Source: Eubacteriales bacterium
GTDB lineage: Bacteria; Bacillota; Clostridia; Oscillospirales; CAG-272
NCBI GenBank assembly: GCA_045661285.1
Contig: JAZRFI010000088.1
Location: 1 to 45,900, forward strand
Length of the DNA stretch: 45,900 nt
Direction of reading: 5' to 3'
Part shown: piece by piece, positions 36,123 to 43,770 of the stretch
Position numbering within the stretch: position 1 is the first letter of the stretch
How the letters are laid out: each line of letters starts with the position of its first letter
Notes under the pieces: generated by a model
Told to the model about the DNA's origin: nothing
What the model saw: the letters and a program-made list of their open reading frames with translations, nothing else
Database searches by the model: none
Translations under genes and position numbers: made by a program

Positions 36123-38330
36123 ATGGCAAAAAAGAAAAAGAATGATTTGAGCGAATATCCCTTGGAGGAGGCGGAAATCACCAACCAGCCGATTACCGAA
36201 ACCATCGAAACCAACTATATGCCGTACGTTATGAGCGTTATTATTTCCCGTGCGATACCGGAAATAGACGGCTTTAAGCCCTCTCACCGCAAGCTTCTTT
36301 ATACGATGTATAAAATGGGGCTTCTCAGTGGGCCGAGAACGAAGAGCGCCAACGTCGTTGGGCAGACGATGCGTCTGAATCCTCACGGCGACGCGGCGAT
36401 CTACGAAACGATGGTTCGTTTAACGAGAGGAAACGAGGCGCTTTTGCACCCCTTTATCGACTCGAAGGGAAGCTTTGGTAAGCAATACAGCCAGGATATG
36501 GCCTACGCCGCCTCGCGTTATACCGAGGTACGGCTGGATTCCTTCTGTCACGAGCTTTTCCGCGGGATCGACAAAAACGCCGTTGATTTTATCCCCAACT
36601 ACGACAATACCATGGAAGAGCCGACGCTTTTGCCCACGACCTTCCCGAATATCCTTATTTCTCCCAACCACGGTATCGCCGTCGGTATGGCCAGCCGCAT
36701 CTGCTCCTTTAACCTTTCGGAGATCTGCGACGGCACGATCGCGCTTTTACGCAACCCCAACGCGTCTCTTGACCGTATGCTGGATATCGTCAAGGGTCCC
36801 GATTTTCCCGGCGGTGGCTACCTGCTTTACGACCGAGAAAAGATCAAAAAGATCTACGCGACGGGTATTGGCTCGGTCAAGCTGCGCGCCCGCTATGCAT
36901 ACGACGCCGAAAACAATTCCATCGATATCTTGGAGATCCCGTATAGCTCCAGCATCGAATCGATCATGTCGAAGATCTCGGATCTTATTAAGGGCGGAAA
37001 GCTGAAGGAGGTCACTGATTTTCGCGACGCGATCGACCTCAACGGCTTTAAGCTGACGCTTGACCTTCGCCGTGGGGCAGATCCCGATAAGATCATGCAA
37101 AAGCTCTTTAAACTGACCGATCTTGAAAACAATTTCGATTGTAACTTCAACGTTCTGATCAACGGCACGCCGCGCCAGCTCGGCATAATCGAGCTTCTTC
37201 GCGAATGGATTGACTTCCGTCTTGGATGCTATCGGCGTGAGCTTAACTTTGACCTTGGCAAAAAGAGAGAAAAGTTGCATCTGCTTCTCGGCCTTGCCGC
37301 GCTTATTTTGGACATCGATAAGGCCATTCGTATTATTCGCAATACCGAAAAGGAAGCCGACGTTGTGCCGCGCCTTATGGAAGGCTTTGCCATCTCCAAA
37401 ACGCAGGCCGAATACATCGCCGAGATCAAGCTGCGCAATCTGAACCTTGAATATATCCAGAAGCGCGTGGTGGAGATCGAGGATCTGCAAAAGAGCATTG
37501 CCGAGCTTGAATCCATCCTTGCGGATGAGATCAAGCAAAAGGCTGCGATCGCCGAACAGCTGAAAGAGATCAAAAAGAAATACGGGATTCCCCGTAAAAC
37601 CGAGCTGATCAACGCCGACGACGTTCCCACGTTCGACGCGGAGGATCTGTTCGAGGAAAACTTCCAGGCCCGGTATATCATGACCAAGGAAGGGTACTTT
37701 AAGAAGATAACGCTTCAATCCCTGCGCGGAAATGACGAGCAAAAGCTGAAGGAGGGCGACTACATTCTGTTCTCCGAGGAGCTTGATAACCGTTGCGAGC
37801 TGGTATTCTTCACCAACAAGGCTCAGCTTTATCGGGCAAAGGCCTCGGATTTTGAGCCGGTGAAGGCCTCGGCCCTTGGCGATTATTTGCCCGCCAAGCT
37901 TTCGATGGAAGCAGATGAATATCCTATCCTCATGAAAGGGCTTTACGAATATCACCCCGCCCATAATTTCATCTTTTTGTTTGAAAACGGAAAGGGTGTT
38001 CGTATCCCTGCCGACCGTTACGCCGTAAAATCGACCCGCAAGAAGCAGACCGCGGTCTTTTCGAGCGCATCTCCCGTCGTTGCGGCCTTTTACGAAAGCG
38101 AGCCGTTTGAGCTGTTGCTGACCGACAGCCAGAACAAACGCATGCTGATCAATTCTTCCTTGATCCCCATTAAATCGACCCGCACCTCAACCGGAGTAAC
38201 GGTTATGAGCATCAAAGCAAAGCATAAGCTCAGCGCGGCCGTCTGCGATTTCGGGGAAAAGGGAAGCGCCGCCTTCGAAAAATTCCGCCGCCGCAAGATC
38301 CCCGCCCCGGGTACCTCGCCGCGCGGATAA
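36123..38330 (+). CDS. type IIA DNA topoisomerase subunit A (GyrA/ParC-like, divergent)
   Basis: 735 aa. Winged-helix/tower core with NYMPYVMSVIISRAIPEIDGFKPSHRKLLY, NPHGDAAIYETMVRL and the catalytic Tyr context AASRYTEVRL, followed by a short C-terminal domain. No B subunit is present in the window. Confidence 0.85.
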   Translation: MAKKKKNDLSEYPLEEAEITNQPITETIETNYMPYVMSVIISRAIPEIDGFKPSHRKLLYTMYKMGLLSGPRTKSANVVGQTMRLNPHGDAAIYETMVRLTRGNEALLHPFIDSKGSFGKQYSQDMAYAASRYTEVRLDSFCHELFRGIDKNAVDFIPNYDNTMEEPTLLPTTFPNILISPNHGIAVGMASRICSFNLSEICDGTIALLRNPNASLDRMLDIVKGPDFPGGGYLLYDREKIKKIYATGIGSVKLRARYAYDAENNSIDILEIPYSSSIESIMSKISDLIKGGKLKEVTDFRDAIDLNGFKLTLDLRRGADPDKIMQKLFKLTDLENNFDCNFNVLINGTPRQLGIIELLREWIDFRLGCYRRELNFDLGKKREKLHLLLGLAALILDIDKAIRIIRNTEKEADVVPRLMEGFAISKTQAEYIAEIKLRNLNLEYIQKRVVEIEDLQKSIAELESILADEIKQKAAIAEQLKEIKKKYGIPRKTELINADDVPTFDAEDLFEENFQARYIMTKEGYFKKITLQSLRGNDEQKLKEGDYILFSEELDNRCELVFFTNKAQLYRAKASDFEPVKASALGDYLPAKLSMEADEYPILMKGLYEYHPAHNFIFLFENGKGVRIPADRYAVKSTRKKQTAVFSSASPVVAAFYESEPFELLLTDSQNKRMLINSSLIPIKSTRTSTGVTVMSIKAKHKLSAAVCDFGEKGSAAFEKFRRRKIPAPGTSPRG

Positions 38331-38349
38331 AAACGCGGATAGGTTTTGT

Positions 38350-38378
38350 TTGACTTTTTCGTTCGCGTGTGGTATACT
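38350..38378 (+). promoter_or_regulatory. sigma-A promoter of the acidic-protein gene
   Basis: TTGACT (38350-38355), a 17-nt spacer, then TATACT (38373-38378). Confidence 0.65.
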
Positions 38379-38420
38379 GTTGACTGTTAAGCCGATTTTT
38401 CGGTCATAAAGGAGTTTATA

Positions 38421-38996
38421 ATGAATTTTAACGAATGTTTAAACGGCCTTCGCGCCTGGTTTGAATCGCGTGAGCTTTTTGACGTCAGCTTCGAAGAAGG
38501 GCTCGGGAAAGACGGGGGGATCACCGCCATCACCTTCCCGGTAGAGGAAGAGGACGGCTGCGTTTCCTACGATATGATCGCCACCGTTGAGGATGGCGGC
38601 GACGCCTTCTTTTACGTCGATTACTGCGATATCCCCGAGGTCGACGAATTAGAGCTTTTGCGTTACGTAAACGGGCTTAACCAGCACACCCCCTTTACCG
38701 TAGCGGTAGAAGACGGGCGCCTTTGCTTCAGCTACGTTGTGCCCTTTGATCTGATCACCGGCTCGGAAACGCTGGCATACACCTTCTTCGATCTTTGGGA
38801 TTCGATCGACGAGATCAAGGAGGATATCCACGATGCCTTCGGCATTGAGCGTGCGATCCTTGATGAGGAGGAGACCGAGGAAGAGGACGAAGCGGAGCTC
38901 ATTTCGCAAGAGGATGAGGCATACGAGGACGTAGAGGAATACGAAGAAGAGCTTGGCGAAGAAGAATACGAAGAAGCCGAAGCCTCCGAGGAATAA
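38421..38996 (+). CDS. hypothetical hyper-acidic protein (possible YbjN-like fold plus poly-Glu/Asp tail)
   Basis: 191 aa with an AAAGGAG RBS. The ~145-aa globular part contains ELLRYVNGLNQHTPFTVAVEDGRLCFSYVVPF, reminiscent of YbjN/T3SS-chaperone-like proteins. The last ~45 residues are almost entirely E/D/Y. Confidence 0.6.
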   Translation: MNFNECLNGLRAWFESRELFDVSFEEGLGKDGGITAITFPVEEEDGCVSYDMIATVEDGGDAFFYVDYCDIPEVDELELLRYVNGLNQHTPFTVAVEDGRLCFSYVVPFDLITGSETLAYTFFDLWDSIDEIKEDIHDAFGIERAILDEEETEEEDEAELISQEDEAYEDVEEYEEELGEEEYEEAEASEE

Positions 38997-39014
38997 GCTC
39001 TAAGCTTAAAAAAA

Positions 39015-39045
39015 GGGATAACGATTTTTCCGTTATCCCTTTTTT
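39015..39045. terminator. bidirectional intrinsic terminator
   Basis: GGGATAACG-atttttc-CGTTATCCC flanked by AAAAAAA and TTTTTT. It lies between the convergent acidic-protein and PAP2 genes. Confidence 0.8.
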
Positions 39046-39099
39046 ATATAAAATGCAACCTTAATCGATGCCTTCAAGCATCAATTAATACGTTGAAAT

Positions 39100-39753
39100 T
39101 TATTCAGCGCTTCCTCTCACGCTGCTATCAAAAGAATAATACAGCATGACAAGCCCTGCTCCCAATAAGGAGCCGCCGATAATATCGGTGCTCCAATGCA
39201 CGCCCGAAAGCAATCTGACCACTACCATAAAACCGGTAAACGCCATATTGGCGGCGAAAATGCACCGCCGAAGAGCCGTATTTTTGATGCGCCCGTTTAA
39301 TTGTATTGCCGCCGTCGGCATTACACACATAACAAGCATCGTTGTTGACGACGGATACGAGACTTCAAGGCGTCCATCAATAAGTATAGGCCTATAATTG
39401 ATGACGACAAGCTCAAAGAATACGTACGCCAAGATCACCGTAACGTAAAAAGCACCGAGTAAAAGAAGAGAGCGATCAACCCTTCGTAAGCTTTTTCGCT
39501 TACAAAGCTGCACGAGGCCGAGAACAGCAAAACCGAGCGCCACGGCTATCGGGATAAGCCCCAGCCAATCGGTCAGCAAATAAAGATCCCAATTCACACC
39601 CGTAAGCCCGTGCACGAACCGATTTAATGCCGCAAAACCAACCGAAGAGCCATTGGGGCCGATCGCGCGCACATCGACCAAGCGTAGGAGCACGGTCCAT
39701 ATCGCAAAAGCTATGAGTAGGGCGATCGCAATACGCAGTTTTTTCTTTTTCAT
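39100..39753 (-). CDS. PAP2 superfamily membrane protein with degenerate C1/C2 motifs
   Basis: 217 aa and multi-TM. The C3 motif is intact (RLLSGVHWSTD, i.e. R-x5-H-x3-D). The C2 position reads YPSSTT instead of PSGH, and the C1 position reads E-x6-RP instead of K-x6-RP (my by-eye alignment). Confidence 0.7.
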   Translation of the reverse strand: MKKKKLRIAIALLIAFAIWTVLLRLVDVRAIGPNGSSVGFAALNRFVHGLTGVNWDLYLLTDWLGLIPIAVALGFAVLGLVQLCKRKSLRRVDRSLLLLGAFYVTVILAYVFFELVVINYRPILIDGRLEVSYPSSTTMLVMCVMPTAAIQLNGRIKNTALRRCIFAANMAFTGFMVVVRLLSGVHWSTDIIGGSLLGAGLVMLYYSFDSSVRGSAE

Positions 39754-39860
39754 TTTCTATACCTTCCTTGCTTATAGTGGGAAATCCCACGTACAGCTTA
39801 TCAGAAGGCAACGCAAAACGCAAGAAACGATCCGTCACGGGCGTGATACGTTTCGTATCA

Positions 39861-40463
39861 TCACCGTTTTACCGACATAAAGGCCTTAATGGTCAATAAT
39901 ACGAACGCAAACACGGCAGCATACGGCTGCGAGCTTATCATAAAGAGCAAAACCGCAAACGTACCCAATATCAGTGAGATGGCGGTTTTGCTTTTTGTCC
40001 AAGCCTTTAAGGGGCATCTTTGTAACGCAAGCATCAAGCATCCCATTACGATCATAGAAAGGACGATGGCAAAATACGCAGCCTTTACGTACGCCTGAAC
40101 CCCATCGAGTGAAAGGAGCGATACACTTTGAACGAATCCCTCCGTTTTGTTAGAAAAGAAGGGAAGAAAAAAGAGCATCGAAAAACAAAGATCAAGCAAA
40201 CCGTAGACCAGATCACAAAAACGGCTTTCCTTTTGTTTGTTATCCTCCTCGGCGATCGCTAAGACTTCATCGGAGGAAAGCAAATCGTCAACCGTCACCG
40301 AAAAGAATTTCGCTATTGCTTTTAACGATTCAATATTGGGGTACCCCCTACCGGACTCCCATTTGGAAATCGCGGTGCGTGACACGTAAAGACTTGCCGC
40401 AAGCTCCTCTTGGGTAAGCCCTTTCTTCTTTCTTATTTCTTGAAGCTTTTCGTGAAATTCCAT
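39861..40463 (-). CDS. membrane-bound XRE-family HTH regulator (BcrR-like architecture)
   Basis: N-terminal XRE HTH (KLQEIRKKKGLTQEELAASLYVSRTAISKWESGRGYPNIESLKAIAKFF) followed by four predicted TM helices. At 200 aa it has the same domain plan and size class as the enterococcal bacitracin sensor BcrR. Confidence 0.7.
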   Translation of the reverse strand: MEFHEKLQEIRKKKGLTQEELAASLYVSRTAISKWESGRGYPNIESLKAIAKFFSVTVDDLLSSDEVLAIAEEDNKQKESRFCDLVYGLLDLCFSMLFFLPFFSNKTEGFVQSVSLLSLDGVQAYVKAAYFAIVLSMIVMGCLMLALQRCPLKAWTKSKTAISLILGTFAVLLFMISSQPYAAVFAFVLLTIKAFMSVKR

Positions 40464-40504
40464 AACCCTGCTTATATTCCCTTGTTTATAATCTTAATTC
40501 CAAA

Positions 40505-41374
40505 TCATATTTGATAGACCGAATTTGCGTATTCGGTCGGAGTCATGCCGGTTTTCGCCTTAAAGAGCTTGGAGAAATAATGAATGGAAGAAAAACCGAG
40601 CCGCTCCGCGATCTCGGTGAAATTAAGCGAGGTATCCCCGATCAGTCGCTTGGCTTCACCGATCTTCAGCGATAAAAAGTACGTAATGGGGCCGCATCCC
40701 ACGCGCGTGCGGAATAGCGACTTCAGTTGGGTCACGCTGATCCCCGAAGCTTCCGCTATCTCCTCCAAGGTAAAGTTTTTGCTTAGGTTTTGCTTCAAGA
40801 ATGCGGTGATCGAAAAGAACTGATCATCCTTAAAGTTTTCTTGATTTGAGGTGGTTGGTGCGATCCCCACGCGCTCTTTTTTTCGAAGAAGCTCAAGCAA
40901 TAAAAGCTCTAAACGGTTTTTTAGCATCATCAAGGAAACGTCGTCCGCATCCTCTTTGGTGATATACCCAAGCTCTCCGCTCGCTTTGGAGACGTGGCGA
41001 AAGCAGCTGCTTCCCAAGCGCATAACGTGAGATAGCAAACGCTTTTCGGTGGCATCCAGTACGAATACGCGGTTATAAAGCCCCGTAAGCATAGCGGAAT
41101 CGGTGTCAAAGCCAACGATATCGATGATCGCGTTTTCAACAAAACGACCAACGTGATAGGCGCGGGGGGCATACAGCATGGCTTCGCCCGCCTTCAAGGA
41201 ATACACCTCTCCCTCTACCGTAATGTTAAAAATCCCTTTATCAACATAAACGAGCTCGGGAAAGCTATACGAATTTTCCCCTTTCGGCGTACGGTTTCTT
41301 ATCGATACGTGCGCGCAAACGATCAGAGAATTTACCGAAATAGGGGTTGGAAACCGGTTTCGGTGGTATTCCAT
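40505..41374 (-). CDS. AraC family transcriptional regulator (cupin sensor plus HTH), paralog 1
   Basis: ATG 41374 (MEYHRNRF...) with an AAGGAG RBS; the ORF-track start at 41470 lies upstream of the promoter. N-terminal AraC-binding-like cupin (FPELVYVDKG...YAPRAYH) and C-terminal HTH_18 (LEEIAEASGISVTQLKSLF...FSSIHYFSKLFKAKTGMTPTEYA). Confidence 0.88.
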   Translation of the reverse strand: MEYHRNRFPTPISVNSLIVCAHVSIRNRTPKGENSYSFPELVYVDKGIFNITVEGEVYSLKAGEAMLYAPRAYHVGRFVENAIIDIVGFDTDSAMLTGLYNRVFVLDATEKRLLSHVMRLGSSCFRHVSKASGELGYITKEDADDVSLMMLKNRLELLLLELLRKKERVGIAPTTSNQENFKDDQFFSITAFLKQNLSKNFTLEEIAEASGISVTQLKSLFRTRVGCGPITYFLSLKIGEAKRLIGDTSLNFTEIAERLGFSSIHYFSKLFKAKTGMTPTEYANSVYQI

Positions 41375-41407
41375 AAGAATCTCCTTAATTAGAATATATT
41401 TGCTTCT

Positions 41408-41436
41408 ATTATAAAAGAAAAAGGACGCAAAGTCAA
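41408..41436 (-). promoter_or_regulatory. sigma-A promoter of AraC paralog 1
   Basis: Minus strand reads TTGACT (41436-41431), a 17-nt spacer, then TATAAT (41413-41408). Confidence 0.7.
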
Positions 41437-41496
41437 CAAAAAGTACAAAAAAGCATCTCCTTTTGTACAAATAAAAAAGCGCAAAGGCATGCGCCC

Positions 41497-42375
41497 TTAC
41501 GCTTTATTGACGGTTTTTGCGTATTCGGTAGGGGTGAGTCCTGTTTTTTCCTTAAACAGCTTGGAAAAATAGTGAATAGACGAAAAACCGAGGCGATCGG
41601 CAATCTCGGTAAAGTTCAGCGAGGTTTCGGTAATCAGATGCTTGGCTTCGCCGATCTTTAACGAAAGAAAATAGGAAAGCGGGCCGCACCCGATCTGCGT
41701 GCGGAAAAGCGACTTCAGCTGCGAAACGCTCATACGGTTGGCGGTAGCGATCTCCTCCAGCGTTTGCACCTTATCCAGATTTTTCTTTAAGTATTTCGCA
41801 ACGATAAAAAACTGTTCTTCCTTGAAATTGGCGCGATTGGATGCGCCGGGGGCTTGAAGGGGCGCTTCCTCTTCGCGTCCGAGCTTTTGATACAAGCTGA
41901 TCAAAAGAAGCTCCAGATTGTTTTTTAAGGCCATCAGATCAAGCGCAGAAGCATCCTTTCTGGCCGTTAGCCCCATTGTTTTCATTTCCGGGGAATTGGT
42001 CTTAAAATTGGAAAGGCCCAACCGCATGATCTGCGAAAGCAAGCGCCGCTCCGACGAGTCTAACGTAATTACGCGGTTATAAAGCGCAGAAAGATAGGGA
42101 AAATCGGTTTCAAAGCTGACAATGTCCAAAACCGCGCGGCTGATGCTTGCCCCGATATGATAAGCATTTGGCGGATAAAACACCGCTTGCCCCTCTTGAA
42201 GAAAAAAGAGTTCACCGTCTATCAGCACCCGCTGCTCACCCTTATCGACGTACAAAAATTCGGGAAAGGTGTGCCAATCACCTCTTGGCTGAGAGCCGGC
42301 CAATTCAATATGATAAAAGGTGACGGCGGTATGGACAGAAAAAGGAGAAGAGAGGGCGGTTTTGCTGTATTCCAT
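41497..42375 (-). CDS. AraC family transcriptional regulator (cupin sensor plus HTH), paralog 2
   Basis: ATG 42375 (MEYSKTAL...) with an AAGGAGGA RBS. The 395-aa ORF-track version runs through the divergent promoter region and is not credible. Same architecture as paralog 1, with a near-identical HTH. Confidence 0.88.
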   Translation of the reverse strand: MEYSKTALSSPFSVHTAVTFYHIELAGSQPRGDWHTFPEFLYVDKGEQRVLIDGELFFLQEGQAVFYPPNAYHIGASISRAVLDIVSFETDFPYLSALYNRVITLDSSERRLLSQIMRLGLSNFKTNSPEMKTMGLTARKDASALDLMALKNNLELLLISLYQKLGREEEAPLQAPGASNRANFKEEQFFIVAKYLKKNLDKVQTLEEIATANRMSVSQLKSLFRTQIGCGPLSYFLSLKIGEAKHLITETSLNFTEIADRLGFSSIHYFSKLFKEKTGLTPTEYAKTVNKA

Positions 42376-42414
42376 TCTATTCCTCCTTTTTGCACCGATT
42401 TTATAAATTCCTAT

Positions 42415-42455
42415 TCTTTTTGTATAAATACACCTATTGTCTTTTGTGTTACAAT
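42415..42455 (+). promoter_or_regulatory. regulated promoter of Gfo paralog 1 with conserved box
   Basis: TCTTTTTGTATAAATACA (42415-42432, containing the palindrome TGTAT-AA-ATACA), a 7-nt spacer, then TCTTTTGTGTTACAAT with -10 TACAAT at 42450-42455. The -35 position is poor (AATACA). The same architecture recurs at 43669-43710. Confidence 0.6.
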
Positions 42456-42475
42456 AGATGCAAGGCGACAAGCCT

Positions 42476-42504
42476 ATTATAGTAATTTTTAACGAAATTG
42501 TCAA
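42476..42504 (-). promoter_or_regulatory. sigma-A promoter of AraC paralog 2
   Basis: Minus strand reads TTGACA (42504-42499), a 17-nt spacer, then TATAAT (42481-42476). It lies inside the predicted 5'UTR of Gfo paralog 1. Confidence 0.7.
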
Positions 42505-42520
42505 GAAGGGAACAACGAAT

Positions 42521-43582
42521 ATGGAAAAGTTTAAGCTGGGCCTTGTTGGATGCGGCGGCATGATGAAATCACACGTCAGCGCCGTTACTACGATGGATGA
42601 AGTCGAGATCGTCGCACTTTGCGATATCATTCGCGAGCGCGCTGAGGAGGTTGCCACGATTTTCCCGAACGCCTTTGTTACCACCGATTACCGTGAATTT
42701 GTTGGGAAGGTAGACGGCGTTTTGATCGCGCTTCCGCACGATCTGCACTATGAGTGCGGCGTGTTCTTTGCGAGAAACCATATCAACGTTTTGATGGAAA
42801 AGCCCCTTTGCAACACCGAGGAGGAATGTCTTTCGCTGATCGATATCTGCGAAAAGGAAAAGGTCACCCTGATGTGCGCCTATCCCGTTCGCTTCTGGGA
42901 AGGCATTGTAAAGCTGAAAGAAGAGCTTGATAGCGGCAAATACGGCCAGATCATGACGATGTCGGTCTGGACCGAGCAGCTGACCGGAGAGCATTATTTG
43001 GAAGAAAGCCCTCTGCCTTGGTTCAGCACCGCCCGTCTTGGCGGCGGCCAGTTCTTCAGCCACGGCTGTCACTACATTGATCTGATGCTGTGGTTCCTCG
43101 GAAATCCCGTAAAGGGTATGCACTTCGGCACCAGAAACGGCACGCCCTGGCTGCTGCGTGAAGGAACCAGTATGGCTTGCATCCAGTTTGAAAACGGTGT
43201 GCTTGGCTACCACGGCGCCACCTGGGGCGCCCGCGGCACGCGTTTGGCATACGATTTCCAGATCCATACCGAAAAAGGGATGCTGGATTACGATCACTAC
43301 TTAGGGGAGATCCGCCTTTACGACGATAAGGCCCCCCACGTTCCCGGCGAGCTTGAAGAGCGCAAGGACGGTTATAAGCTTATCTGGAAGCGCCAGGGCG
43401 CCAGCAGTAAGCAGACCCAGTTCGAGATCGCGCACTTCGTTGACTGTGTACGCAACAACAAGATTCCGCTTACCAACGGTCGCGCAACGCTTCAAGGCCT
43501 TCGTGTTATTTGGAAAATGTACGAGGCCGAAAAGAACAACACCATCGCCGATCTGCGTGGTCTTGGCCTTGACCAAATCTAA
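42521..43582 (+). CDS. Gfo/Idh/MocA family NAD(P)-dependent oxidoreductase, paralog 1
   Basis: 353 aa from ATG 42521 (MEKFKLGLVGCGGMM Rossmann), EKP motif (VLMEKPL) and a C-terminal alpha/beta domain (GGGQFFSHGCHYIDL). The ORF-track start at 42458 lies inside the promoter. Confidence 0.88.
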   Translation: MEKFKLGLVGCGGMMKSHVSAVTTMDEVEIVALCDIIRERAEEVATIFPNAFVTTDYREFVGKVDGVLIALPHDLHYECGVFFARNHINVLMEKPLCNTEEECLSLIDICEKEKVTLMCAYPVRFWEGIVKLKEELDSGKYGQIMTMSVWTEQLTGEHYLEESPLPWFSTARLGGGQFFSHGCHYIDLMLWFLGNPVKGMHFGTRNGTPWLLREGTSMACIQFENGVLGYHGATWGARGTRLAYDFQIHTEKGMLDYDHYLGEIRLYDDKAPHVPGELEERKDGYKLIWKRQGASSKQTQFEIAHFVDCVRNNKIPLTNGRATLQGLRVIWKMYEAEKNNTIADLRGLGLDQI

Positions 43583-43598
43583 TAAAAAACCCGAAAAA

Positions 43599-43625
43599 GC
43601 CATATTTTATATGGCTTTTTTCTTT
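43599..43625 (+). terminator. intrinsic terminator after Gfo paralog 1
   Basis: GCCATAT-ttt-ATATGGC followed by TTTTTTCTTTTT. Confidence 0.75.
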
Positions 43626-43668
43626 TTCTTCCAAAAAATAAACAGAACAGATAATACAAAAAATACAG

Positions 43669-43710
43669 TCTTTTTGTATAAATACAAGTCCTCGTCTTTT
43701 GTGCTACAAT
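43669..43710 (+). promoter_or_regulatory. regulated promoter of Gfo paralog 2 with conserved box
   Basis: The identical 18-nt box TCTTTTTGTATAAATACA (43669-43686; here the full palindrome is TTGTAT-AA-ATACAA), an 8-nt spacer, then TCTTTTGTGCTACAAT with -10 at 43705-43710. Two extra AATACA copies lie just upstream. Confidence 0.6.
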
Positions 43711-43770
43711 CTACTTGTAGGCAAAACGCCCACAACTAAGAATTTGCTTTTTTAGAAAGGAATAAAGAAA

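Noticed and set aside
40464-40504. Possible leaderless transcript for the XRE-4TM regulator (TATAAG hexamer 7 nt before the ATG, weak RBS).
   Set aside because: There is no acceptable -35 element at 16-18 nt, and the 41-bp gap after the araC-1 stop is also compatible with read-through co-transcription. It cannot be decided from sequence alone.
42376-42684. The 395-aa version of the second AraC ORF and the 374-aa version of the first Gfo ORF, which overlap each other.
   Set aside because: Both extensions run through the divergent promoter region. Strong RBS-preceded ATGs at 42375 (minus) and 42521 (plus) give proteins collinear with their paralogs.
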